A stretch of DNA of 63,632 bases, filler included, from Reticulomyxa filosa (lineage: Eukaryota; Protista; Foraminifera), in assembly GCA_000512085.1 (NCBI GenBank). It is 18 parts of 18 records of this genome, joined end to end, with 100 filler letters (N's around TTAATTAATTAA, not from the genome) between each part and the next. Parts side by side here need not be neighbours in the genome. Positions count along the whole stretch, not along the records: positions 8,295 to 14,750 come from ASPP01009122.1; positions 14,851 to 18,976 come from ASPP01006111.1; positions 19,077 to 20,522 come from ASPP01042930.1; positions 20,623 to 21,829 come from ASPP01047770.1; positions 21,930 to 24,459 come from ASPP01013572.1; positions 24,560 to 26,877 come from ASPP01015566.1; 12 more parts are not named here. One strand, written 5' to 3'. Below the pieces are notes generated by a model. That model was given only the letters and a program-made list of their open reading frames with translations, did no database searches and was not told the DNA's origin. The position numbers were made by a program, and so were the translations under genes. Position 1 is the stretch's first letter; each line of letters begins with the position of its first letter. Shown here one piece after another: positions 12,645 to 25,264 of this stretch.

Positions 12645-15600
12645 TACTCTCATGTGTTCTCATCCTATGCTTTTATTTTTATAAGTACATTTCTTACCTT
12701 CCATTTTGTTGATTGAGCGAAGTTGTTCAGGGCCACATGTGCACAAGACACAATCCAAAAAAAAGTCAAATGATTCCATAATTTCACCAATTAGATAATG
12801 TGAAATTAAAAACATACAATTGTTGAGATAAACCAATGAAAAAACTCGCTTGGATTTAAACACAAATTAAGGCTTTGAATACATTCTCATGCCCTTTCTC
12901 GAAGCACATTTTACTCTTTTCTTTGTCATTGTCATTTTGGTAAAGATAATTTTGTTTGCAATCTACTTTTCCTTTTCTTTGAATAAATTAAATTCGCATC
13001 TTTTTTTTGTAAGGATGGACATAACTTCAATAACTCTCAAACCAAAACAAAATTAAAAAGAGCTTTATTTCAAACCAAAAAACCAGGGTGAAAGTGAACG
13101 ACGTGACAAGTGGTTATTATGTATACAATTAGAATAGATCTACTATCCCGATTGGATAACTTGGACTCTTTGTTCAATCACATGTATTTCACACAAATGA
13201 AGAAGAAAGCCGAATATGCACACAAGAGATCTTACAAACTGATTTTATATCTTAATGCGCCAAACTTGCAGTATTGCGAAAACCAAAAAAGATATTGTTT
13301 GATCGGTATAGTGTTTGGATTGCCTCAGTTTGGTTCGATGATTCAACTCCAATTTTTTTTCCATCTTCCACTTTCAGTGTTATTGAGATTATTGTTGTAA
13401 TGTCCTATACAAACAAGAGCTTTATTTTTTTGAAAACAGAATCACAAAGACCACTACCGCCACAGCTGGCGCGAAAGAAAATATTCAAAAATACAGTTTG
13501 GCAAAAAAAAAAAGTCCATTACAAAAAAAAAAATTGTTAAAATTTTCTTTGGGGGTGTATGATTTTAAACTTTTGAAATTAGACTACTGCAATGGACAGC
13601 TTAAATCCGGATGGCTTGAATGTATGTATCGCACAGAGTAAAGAATTGGTGTTGTCTGGAGAAATGATAAAGCCTAGGCTATTTGACATGTCCCAGACAT
13701 TGAAAAAGGATTTGGAAGTAGTGAGATTGAATGGATGTATCAGCACGAGCATAGAACCAGTGTTGTCTGGAAAGACGATAAAGCAAAGACTCACTGGCAT
13801 ATTTCAGGACTTTGAAGAAGTGTTGGAGGCAATTAATTGCATGTATTACTTGCCCGCAAAAACGAAATATGAAGCATTTTTTTTTTTGAGATAGGGGAAT
13901 GTATAATGTTTAACTTTTTTAAAGAATAAAATATTTGTATAAAATGAAATCCAAAATAGATAATCACTATCCCAAAGTTAAAGGCGTCATTTATAAACAG
14001 ACTATCATGGGTCTCGAAAATGACACTCAACTTGCAGTGTTATATTTATTAACAATTATGACCTTTTCATAAAAATTCCAAAAATAATTTGATGAAAGAC
14101 TTGGCATGAATAAACCTTTTATTCTTATCAGTGGGCGGGAATTATCAAACTGCACCATTTTATGGACATTCATTCGATTGTCATTTTTCTTCATTAGTTG
14201 GTTGTTCACTTTTTTCATTCAAAGAAATATCAATACTTTACATCCGCAACCTTTTTTTGATGTTCGAACGAATTCAAGCAAGCAATTAGTCCAATATAAA
14301 TATGAAATTTCGACATCATTGGAAAGTGACGATCCATATCTAAAGTTTGGTGTTATTATTACATAAAATTTTTATTGTGGTCTGTGTACATAACAAACTA
14401 GAAAAAAATTATAGAGTCAATTGCGTGGAGAACCACATAATTATACAAATATAAAAAAAATTATTGAAGTCAATGTCGTTGTGGCAAACAACATGCATGA
14501 CTACAATTATCAAGTCATTGCCACGTCATCAAAATTTGCCACAGTCACAAGCATACAAACAGCAACAACGTGATTGATATAAAACCCGAACTATTATACA
14601 AACAAACACACACTCAATCATTGAATATCGATATAAGTTAAAACCACTCAAATTGACAAAACTGCGACCAAGGCGCGAATGTTGAACGTAGAGGGACAAC
14701 CTGTTGAACAAACTCAAAGTATGTCATATATAATTTTTTTTTAAATTTTANNNNNNNNNNNNNNNNNNNNNNNNNNNNNNNNNNNNNNNNNNNNTTAATT
14801 AATTAANNNNNNNNNNNNNNNNNNNNNNNNNNNNNNNNNNNNNNNNNNNNATTATAAATTATCAATCTGAAAAATCAAAAAATTGCATATTTCTAGAGTA
14901 TAAATTTAAGATATAACTCATATAAATTTTCAGAAAATTATCTTTTTTCATTATAGAGATATTTGCGTTTAAGTAAAAAAACGAATGAAAATTCACAACA
15001 TCTGAACACTTTTGACCGCAACTGTATTTTGTATCTGGAATTGATATTGAGTGTTGTTCTGTCGAAAGTATACTTGTTGATTTTTTTATTTTTTAAACTT
15101 GTTCGATTGGTGCAATATTTTTTGAGTTATGTGTCAATTGCATGTGCAAAACATATATGCAAACTATGATATTCAGATAAACGCAGTTGCATATAATCTC
15201 TTCTTTTCAATAAGATAATAATTCAATAAATTCTAACAGAAGTATTGGCACCAACTCAATAGTTTTTAGAATTGTACTGCTGTGTCTTGAAGGTCTTCGA
15301 TTTATTTTTGTTGTTGTCCAATCAAATCATATATTTGATTTTATAAACAGCATTCTGAGTTCAATTATTCATGGATCCAACAGTTGGAAAAGTATCTCCC
15401 AGCGTATACATTCTTTTTTTAACAAAAGACAAGTGTTTATTGTGTTGCTATGATTATGCACAATTTTGCTTGTCTTATTGGTAACGTGGTGACTGTATTA
15501 TACGTATTCATAATAACTAGATCACTAACATTTTTGTCAATGGATATCGTATACATTTCAGCGATGATGGATTATTATTTGCATTGGAATCATTATTTGC

Positions 15601-18036
15601 ACCAACTTGATATAATCTTATTCACCTGTTTGTTTTGGCCAATAATCAGTGATTAACCTTTTTTATGTACATACTTTAGTGCTAGTCTTATCTTGGTGCC
15701 GTATATAGTTTGTAAGTATTAAAAATACACTATATTTGTGTTACTTAGCATGTGATTATTGCACGATGGGAAGGAAGTGTGATTTGATGTTGAATTTATG
15801 TTTTACTTGAAAATATATTGTTTGTTTTTGAACTTAAGTAAAGATATCGTCAGTGTTGTCCACCACAGATTAGAGACAAAAAGTAAGTAAGACGTCTGTG
15901 TGAAATAGAAAATTGTAAGTCACGCTTTGGTGGAAGTGCATTCAATTTATATAATAAGGAAGAATTATGCGAAAGTATTGTATAGAAATCCCATTATGAT
16001 CGGAAACGCAATAGCATTTCAATGTTGGTGCATGCTCATTTTTCGTCAAAGCAATCTTATAATAAGTCTTGTTCGAAAACAGTCCATTTGGCCAAAAAAG
16101 AACTTTTTGCAAAGCCATCACGCTCACTATGATCGCTTATATTGATAACAATCCCTATCTGGAAATGAAGGACAAATCTACATTACACAATTTTTTATAA
16201 GTACTGTCTTGTTGACTTCGTTCTCAAATATCAAGACATTTTTGTTGGATTGTGTCGTCTTGATATTAAAAAAAAGATTTTATTGCTTTTTTGATTACAA
16301 AATTCAATGTATTATAAATTATTTTTCACATATCGTATTTATCTTTTTATATTATTTTTTTTTTATGCTTTCAAGAGAAAATACAATTTTAAACAATGAT
16401 ACCCAAAGCGTATAAGAAGAAAGACAGTCAAGCACGTTGAATGGACTTTAACCTAATAATTGAAAGATATCTATATTAAATAACTATGTCAAACTTGCAA
16501 AAAACAACAGATGCTTTTGCAATTGCTTCTAAATCTAAAAAATGTAAATAATTGCTTCATCAACTTTGGACTTACTTAGACTTGTGACCACATGACAGAT
16601 ACAAAAATAAAAAAAATGTAACCACGTCCCCCCTTGTAACTTGTTGATTTAATTGTTTTTTGATAATTTTAATTTAACAAAACAGAGAAATAAAATAATA
16701 ACTGAATTACATAATCAAACATAAAATTGTTTTTTATTACATTAAATTTGTTTGTGTCATTTTTAAAAACAAGTTCAAAAAAAAAAATTGACCCACAAGA
16801 TTAAAAAAACAGAATAGTTTTTTTTTACAATTGGGTTTCTAACTAGAATAATTGTGCAGTGAATCAAACGGGAAAATGATTACGTAATGAACATATTGAT
16901 TATTTTTATAAAAGTGATAAATGTATATTCTTTCATATCTTTCAAAAAAATGTTAAGACGTATACGTAAAATTATAATAATCTCCGCAAATGCAAACTCA
17001 CTTATTGTGAAGACAAAAATGCATTTCGCACTAACCCGACTTAATGCAGTATTTCTTGTGACAAAAAACTGTCCTTCCAATAAAAACACAAATGTCAGTG
17101 CCAAATACAATAAAAGAGCTAAAACTGAAATTCTGTTGAAAATGTAACAGCAGAAAGGGTGCACAAAAAGGGGGGTGATTCCATTTTTTTATTTTTTTTA
17201 ACTTTCATCTTTTTTTTAAAACAAATGTAGATTGTTGTCTTTCTTTGTTCAACAGCAACTGTTTGATATTTACTGCAAAAAATAATCTGTAAGCTGTTTA
17301 ATGTGATAAAGACTAAATCATTGAATTTTTTTGTTACTAGATTTCTTGTATTTGTTGATCTTTGATATTTGTTCAGTTTATGTTTATCCTTTTTTGTTAC
17401 TTCATTCACCGATTTTCCTCTTTTATGTTCTTTTTTCCGTTTTCTTTTTTGTTTATTCTATCTTGAAATGATCGCTTTTTCTTTTCTCGAAAGATAAGTC
17501 AAAGTCATTTCTCTAACTTTTCCAATTCTGTACACAATATACGAATAACTTATTTGATCGGACAAAATTATAATTTTGCAAACATCTTATTAACTTTACC
17601 GATCAAAACTTTCCAATGATGAATAATACTTATCTTACAGATAGTTATCAATATATTTGGTGAAATTTAAGTTCAAAATTACATCTTACTTATATCCTAA
17701 TTTTGGAAGTAATGAGTAAGGTGTGACTAACAATTCAAATAACATTCAATTTTAAAACAATTTTCTTAAATTAATTTTTGGAATTCAAAGTGTTGTATGT
17801 GTAATGTAGAACGGCGAGATGTGGGTAATTAATCCAAATCTGGAAAAGTTATCTTATTAAGTTTCTAAAAAAAAATAAATGAGATTTTGCCATTGTTCAT
17901 CAAGAAATACTGCAAACACGAATGGCAAATAATTAATTACTTAAAGCTGGTCATGTAAAAGACCAAAGCTTTCAATGGGACGTAAAATAAAAAAACGACA
18001 ATCCGCATAAAGAGGAGGAGACCGCTCGGATTCCTT

Positions 18037-18897
18037 TTAGCCGCTGCTGTTCCCTTCAACATTAACCAGTACATTAGGTAAAGAGAATGAGCCATAAAAG
18101 CCTGGACGAAGAAAGGGAAGTTTGGGCGACAGTAAGTGGTCGCAAGAGTTGATTGGATGTTCGACTTTTTGTGACAAGGGCCGCGTGTGTGGACGATGTG
18201 GCGAATAAGTACTTTGAGGACAGCTGTCGGTAATATGATCTTTTTTCCGACGCACAGTTGATGGATTTGCTTTGTAAGCCATTTCAAGATTGTCGCACTC
18301 CCACCATAACCGGTTCAATTTGTGTTCCGACTCAGGCGCTCGCGCGTGACGTCGCTGTTTCTGCTTATGTCGCTGTTGTTGCTGTCGCTGTTGATAAATT
18401 CGTCGCAGTTTGTGTTTTTGTTTCTGTTGTTCCAGGTGTCGTTGCTGTTTCTGTAGCTGCTGCTTTTTCATAGCCAAATTGCGACGACGAGGATGACGGT
18501 GGTGTTGGGTCGACTCAAATAGCTCAGAAACGACTTGGATCTCAGGCGCCTTTGCTTCGTCATTGTCCGCATGGTCCACATTGCTCTCGGAGTCTGCTTT
18601 TGGCACCAAAGTGACCATCTCTTCCGTCGCTGAATGATTGGAGTCGAGAGAGTGCGTAGATACGTCGTCCATCATCTTTAAATCTCGGATTGAGGATTGA
18701 TACTTTGGTCGCAGTGCAAACTGAATAGTGTTGTGACGTTGCTCCCAAGCGCCAAACTTGTTACCAAATATGCGATCCGCTGCAATCTTAAGTTTCTGTG
18801 CACGTTGATGCTTTTTGCCTACTTGGATATGCATTGGAGCCAAATACGTTTGCTCGTCGTATTCATCCTCGATTTCTGTGCCCATCAGTAATTCCAT
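18037..18897 (-). CDS. Gln-rich hypothetical nuclear-type protein with a possible ELM2-like motif
   Basis: 286-aa ORF; IQVGKKHQ resembles the ELM2 IxVGxxYQA motif; long Q/R/K tract. Confidence 0.45.
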   Translation of the reverse strand: MELLMGTEIEDEYDEQTYLAPMHIQVGKKHQRAQKLKIAADRIFGNKFGAWEQRHNTIQFALRPKYQSSIRDLKMMDDVSTHSLDSNHSATEEMVTLVPKADSESNVDHADNDEAKAPEIQVVSELFESTQHHRHPRRRNLAMKKQQLQKQQRHLEQQKQKHKLRRIYQQRQQQQRHKQKQRRHARAPESEHKLNRLWWECDNLEMAYKANPSTVRRKKDHITDSCPQSTYSPHRPHTRPLSQKVEHPINSCDHLLSPKLPFLRPGFYGSFSLPNVLVNVEGNSSG

Positions 18898-19077
18898 TAT
18901 ATCCTATACACACACACACATATATGTATATAACGCAGATACATGTGCAATGCACCACTACTCGACACAAGGCATANNNNNNNNNNNNNNNNNNNNNNNN
19001 NNNNNNNNNNNNNNNNNNNNTTAATTAATTAANNNNNNNNNNNNNNNNNNNNNNNNNNNNNNNNNNNNNNNNNNNNT

Positions 19078-19389
19078 TTGTGGGATATTCGATCTGGTCA
19101 ACAAATTCAAGTGTTCAATGGACATATAAGAGGATTATGTTGTGTTGCATATTCACCATTTGTAATAAAGAATAATATTGGTAATTCAAATGTGATATGT
19201 TCTGGATCAGATGATAATACAATTCGTTTTTGGGATATTCGATCAAGTAAAAATGAATTGTACATGATCAAAGGAGATAATGGAATATATTGTCTTAAAT
19301 TTATTTTATTGAAAAAGAAGGAAAAGACTACACATTGTTGGAATTTGTGTTATGGTTTAAGCAAAGGTCCCATTCGTATTTGGGGATAA
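19078..19389 (+). CDS. WD40-repeat protein, C-terminal fragment
   Basis: WDIRSGQQIQVFNGH, ICSGSDDNTIRFWDIR and terminal GPIRIWG. Confidence 0.9.
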   Translation: MWDIRSGQQIQVFNGHIRGLCCVAYSPFVIKNNIGNSNVICSGSDDNTIRFWDIRSSKNELYMIKGDNGIYCLKFILLKKKEKTTHCWNLCYGLSKGPIRIWG

Positions 19390-21945
19390 TTACTTTTTTG
19401 TTGAACAAAAAATGAAAGTGTTTTTGTTTGAATAGTTTGATCAAAAGAAAAGTAAGATAATATTAAATTTATTTGATTTGATTGAATGTAAGCATTGAAA
19501 GATGTGTTCTATCTTACTTTGCTGTTTAAAAAAATTGAAATAGCTGCATTAAATGTTTTTTAAAGAATTCAAAAGCATAATAAATTAAAACTGTACTCTG
19601 AAAAGAATTAGATTGTATTTTTGTGATCTTATAAACTTTATTAAAATCAATGGTAAATGACTGCAGATGGAACATCAACAATGTAAAAATATTATTAAAA
19701 GAGGACAAATTTATGACTTTGATGAAATGATTTCTGAAAATGTTAAGTTATTTAACAATATAATATTCAATTTAGTCTAAAGCATTATACAAATATTCCA
19801 TCAAATACTTATTCAAATTGAGTTTGATAGTTTAATTTTGATATAATAAAGTACAAAATTCATTTAACACAAAACATTTAATTTTTTAATTTAAATAATT
19901 ATGTTAATAGTCGTTAAAATTATTTCGTTGAATGATTGGAAGTGTTTTACATAAACACAAATGAGCTTAGCAAATCAGTTGATGAAGACAGTAATTTGTT
20001 TTGAAAAATATCAGACTATGAGAAATATTTGTAAATGTCTCCACTTTTTATGTTCAACCCTTTTTTGTCACTTGCTTTGTTCCACAATGACATAATAAGC
20101 AAAATGTGAATTATACACAACATTAAATAAATTTTCAAATATCTTAAATCTACATCATGTTGAGAATAATTTTAATTGTTTCAAGTCAGTTCACAAGTAT
20201 TTCATTCGAGAAAACAAATAGATAACATTTCAAAACGATTTACATAGCTCATTGAAAGATTGTGTTGCAATATTGACTGAAAACAAGTACATATTATTGG
20301 AGGAGGAGATGATAAAAAGACAATAATATCAACTCACATGAAGATAAAAGCGCGTATATAGATTGGCAATGATTTTATTTTTTAATCGACACAAATAAAT
20401 TTTATTGTATGAAAATGATTAACAAATAATGAACAGTCAAAAAATGAAATTAAATCTATTATTTAAAATTTGAAGATAAAATTACAGTAGATTGCAAAAA
20501 AAACTGCCATACCTAAATGGCANNNNNNNNNNNNNNNNNNNNNNNNNNNNNNNNNNNNNNNNNNNNTTAATTAATTAANNNNNNNNNNNNNNNNNNNNNN
20601 NNNNNNNNNNNNNNNNNNNNNNAAATAAGGGGAAAATGGAGAAAAATATGGGGAAAAGGGGAAAAAAAGATGAAATTTTTTTTTAAGAAAGAAAAAAATG
20701 AATGAAAAAAATATTTAAAAAAAAAAATGACAATAAGAAAAAAGGGAAAAAAAAAAAGAAAAAAGAGAAAAAAAAAAAGAAAAAAAAAAAATGGAAAAAA
20801 GAATAAAAAAATGAGAAAAAGAATAAAAAAAGAGAAAAAAAAAAATTAAGAAATTTGTAAAAAAAGGGATTTGTTCCCTGAAAACTTGGAAAGAGTGCGT
20901 TGGCCACACGCACGAACAATTGGCAAAGTAGAAGTGGCCAAACGTTGTTGAGAAGCTAGAGAAACTAGCCAAATCGTTGGATGATAAAGAGAATCCAAAT
21001 GCAAATCGTTCTTATCACCACAATGCGCCCGTTCGATAATTTCCAATAACGGGCATTACCAAGGCCGTCGCAAGTGTCGAACTTCGTAGTTGGAAATATC
21101 CATTTGATGGCAATGAAAAAGTTGGTCAAGATTATCACAGACCAATCCCAGACAGTCCAGATATTGTGCTCCCCGATTCAGAAGCAAGTCGCCAAGAAGA
21201 AAAAGAATGACAAGTCGGATCGCGTTGGATTTGTGAAAGAAAAAAGTAGTCTGCTACATTGTCGAACTTGGTTATGAAATTTTTCTTCACGTCCAGGAAA
21301 AGCGCAATTTCGCCACTCGCGGGTGTGGACTATCTTCACATGTTGTGCCCCAATGAAAAATACTAAATGAGTTTGTCAATGTCCAGCAATTGCAACTCGA
21401 AGCAGTAGAAAGATTTGTTTGCAGCCGCATAAAAGTCCTGCGGATAACTCTTGCTGTGGCAAAGTCCAAAGATGGTATCGAAATGCGACCTGCCAGCGTC
21501 AAAGAACAAGGAAAATTTGATCGTTATGGAAACGAAACTAATTTTGTTAACGCAGAGATCGCACAGAACCTGTTTGTGTACGTACGCAAATTCGCAACTT
21601 GGATTGGGTCGACGTTGAGAATTGTTGATTGATGAAGAAAGAGAGATAGTTGATTGCATTTTCCGACTCCATTGCCGCAAGAGTTTTGGCATTGCTGTTT
21701 GTCGAGTAAGCGCCTGTTATCTCTGTTGAAATTCTTCCGGGATCGCTATGAAATACTGACGACGTGTTGGTGGCACTCAAGAATGCTAGAAAAAAGATGA
21801 AGAACGGATACGCCTAAAAAAAAAAAAAANNNNNNNNNNNNNNNNNNNNNNNNNNNNNNNNNNNNNNNNNNNNTTAATTAATTAANNNNNNNNNNNNNNN
21901 NNNNNNNNNNNNNNNNNNNNNNNNNNNNNTTTTGTATTTGGTTTA

Positions 21946-22525
21946 ATGACACCAAAAAAAAAAAAAAAATTAGTGCCAGAAAAAGATGAGAAAGTGATAA
22001 CATGCGCGTTGCTAAGCAAATTGATAACGCAATTGCAACCGCAGTACGTGTTCTGTGGGATAAACAACGTATACAATGCTATGCGTCCATTTGAGCATAT
22101 CCCAAATGAGCCATTGACGCTGTGCCATTGTGTTGCGTTGAGTCGTTTGAATGATGCTTACCATTGCAATGCCAATGCCAATGCCAGTAATGTCAGTTCG
22201 AAATCGAATTGTTTGTACGCCTGTCGAATCATGCATAAACATAAAAATGAGAATTTGGCAACGGCCATTGGGAAACATTTGCGCAATGAAGTCAATCACA
22301 ACAAATATTATCACAAAGTACACCCATCACAATTGATGCAAGAAAGTCCTTTCACAGACGATCATATTAAAAAATTATTGGCAGCAAACACGACCACGAA
22401 AGGGGATGTCAAAATGACCGAAAAAATGGATGGATTTGATGCCGTAAAAAAGGCAGTCAAACGGCCTTTGTCACAAATGATTGAGCATATTGACACTGAC
22501 AATAATAATAATAATAATAATAATG

Positions 22526-22589
<64 letters not shown>

Positions 22590-23489
22590 TATTGACAACG
22601 TGGACATTGAAACCAATGCTTCCAAAAGAAAAAAACAAATGACTACAGTCTACCTGAGAATGTGGCTATCGCAGAGGAGAAAAAAGCGAATCCAAAGAAA
22701 TGTGACTACTGTCGCATTCAAACGGCACAAAGCATGTACGATCAGTTGATCGTGTGCCGTGGCCAATACTCGTGCTTGTGTGTCCCAAAGTACTGGCAGC
22801 GATTGAGCTCCATGCATTTCTTGATTGTACCCTACAGGCACGTCACACAACTCATCGGACTCGAACAGAGCGGCAACAAAGAGCTTTCCGCTTTAAAATA
22901 TGAAATGCAAAAAATCATGGACTGTGTTGCTGACTACTACAGACCTGAAATGGTCAAACAAATTATTATATACATATACATACATATATATTGTATTGCA
23001 AAGTTATTACATACCGATAATTAATAACATAAACAGCTACTGTTTTTTGAAGACAATATGGATGTTGCTACCCACGGCGTGCTGAATGTGATATCGATCA
23101 ATGTCCATTTGCATATGAAACGATTGCAATTGGTCTTGAAAGAAATCGAGTCGGATTTCAACATTTCATTCGAAAAAGTAAAGTACCACTCCAAAACTAT
23201 TGCCTCTTATGTCACGCAGTCCTACGGCTATCTCGATATTGGCATGATGGATAAAACCAAGACCCGCTACATTCACGCTCTAACGCCGGCCAGAACCAAT
23301 ATCCCTAAAGATATCATGTCCAGGATCGTTTGCCAAGTGCTCGACTTGCCTTTTGATCGCTTCAGCAATTACAATCTTGCAAAAACAGAGTCTTCTGAAG
23401 AAGAAAATGACTACAGAGATGACATTACCTTGGCCAAACAAATTCTAGAAAAATTCCGAAAATTTGACCCTTTTATTACTAAAAAATAA
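21946..23489 (+). CDS. CWF19L1/Drn1-like protein (pseudo-metallophosphoesterase tail plus CwfJ C-terminal domain), 5' truncated
   Basis: LQPQYVFCG..YNAMRPF resembles the KPRYHF..YER.PY motif; CDYC..LIVCRGQYSCLCVPK..HFLIVPYRH resembles CwfJ_C_1. Intron 22953-23036 keeps frame; one frameshift at the A-run near 22630 (probably an assembly error). Confidence 0.72.
22501..22587 (+). repeat. (AAT)n microsatellite encoding poly-Asn
   Basis: About 29 triplets with one GAT interruption. Confidence 0.95.
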
Positions 23490-24251
23490 CTTGTTCTTTG
23501 TCCACTTTGACTCCATTCTTTTTTTTCCACTTTCCTCCGTCTCACTCAATGCTTTTTCACTTTTTCTAACTCAACTTTAATAAGAGATAACAAATAAACA
23601 TTGAAAGTTTATGTGAAGGATTTTTTTTTCACAACTTCGCATCTTGAGGCCATTCCTTCCATTTGTCCTCTTACAAGCTGATATAAGGGAATTTGCAGAA
23701 AATCAAAAGGTGTTGAAAGAATGACTACCTTCGAGGTTTTAAAGCAAAAGGCATTGGTGAGGTTCATTTCAAACTTTTATAAACCTTGTTAATTGTGTTT
23801 ATTATATTTATTGTTTGATTTATGATTGGACCAGTCAAAAGATTCAAATTATCTTTGAAAATTATATTAAACTAAAAATTAAATTAGGATGAACCAATAA
23901 TTTTGACAAACTTAATATCAATTATGTCAGTTATTTTGTTTTAATTCATTCAATGACTTGTTATTATTTATGTTACTATTCCACACAGGCTGCAAGCGCC
24001 CTCATTTATTATCTAAATTACTGAATATATTTACTGGTCACACAATCATCACAAATAATATAGATTCAAAATTTAATTGTCATCAAAATATCTGTTCTGG
24101 GTCAGCGACTAACACAGTTTGTGCACAGTATTAAAACACAAACAAATTCACACAACAATCCCAAAAAAATATAACCGCTCCAAACTACACAAAACAAAGT
24201 CCAAAAAACAACACTAATACTTCATCGTACAAAATCCAACTTAAACACAAT

Positions 24252-24459
24252 CGGTTTTTTTAAATTTCCTATGGATTTTTCTGCAGAAAAAATATTTGTC
24301 GGTTTTTTGTAAAACAGTGGAGTTTTAAATCTAAGTTTTTGTGCCATATGACACTTTATTCTTGTATAAAACAAATTCCAAAAGGGCGCTTTCAAATTTT
24401 TTTGTATGAAATCAAACGAGAATGCGAACGGTTTTTTAAAATTTCCTATGGATTTTTCT
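24252..24459. repeat. About 30-bp direct repeat at a contig end
   Basis: CGGTTTTTT(T/A)AAATTTCCTATGGATTTTTCT at about 24252-24282 and 24429-24459; partial CGGTTTTTT at about 24300. Confidence 0.7.
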
Positions 24460-24640
24460 NNNNNNNNNNNNNNNNNNNNNNNNNNNNNNNNNNNNNNNNN
24501 NNNTTAATTAATTAANNNNNNNNNNNNNNNNNNNNNNNNNNNNNNNNNNNNNNNNNNNNCTATCATCAACAATACCAAAACATAAACGTTTAATTTTTTT
24601 TTTTTTCAATTTTTGACATAGCAAAAAAGTATTTAAGTTA

Positions 24641-24676
<36 letters not shown>

Positions 24677-24681
<5 letters not shown>

Positions 24682-25228
24682 AGTTGCTGTCAGGTGTAAA
24701 TTTGGCAGCCTTTTTGATCATGTCGTCCATATCGGTGAGCAGTTGTTTATTTTCGGACATCAATCCTTCGACCATTGTTTCTACCTCGTTCAATTTGGCT
24801 TGTAATTCTTTGACTTTTTCTTTTAGCTTTGGGTTTTCCACACACACATCTTGCATTTCGTGTCCGACCAATGTGGTTTGAACTTCTTTGTGCTCGCGCG
24901 GACGGTTGACCAGTGTTTCCCAACGACTGTTTGCTTCCTGCAATTGTTGCTTCACCGTTTCCAAGACAAGTTGGTTGCTTTTGTATTGTGCAGACAGGTC
25001 TTCAATTTCCTGCTGTTTCGACTGACTCGTCTTCTCACTTGATAACTTCAATGCCTTCAAAGCCGCATTGGCGTCGCTCTTTTCTTGCACTATCTCGATT
25101 CGCAACTTTTCTTCTTCCATTTGCAATTGCTGTATCTTTTCTTCTTTTTCTCCCATTCGTTCCGTCATTTGTCCCAAACTATTTGTCAACTGAAAACAAA
25201 CAAACGAGCAATTATATATGCATACACA

Positions 25229-25264
<36 letters not shown>

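Noticed and set aside
15300-15420. Arf-like small GTPase relic (YTLGDTFPTVG)
   Set aside because: No P-loop, DxxG or NKxD nearby; too short to support.
20623-20860. Purine-only tract and its Phe-rich antisense ORFs
   Set aside because: Low-complexity A/G sequence at a contig start; probably a degraded read after a homopolymer.
22362-22625. Poly-Leu, poly-Phe and poly-Lys ORFs in the ORF track
   Set aside because: Antisense or intronic readings of microsatellites and homopolymers, not genes.
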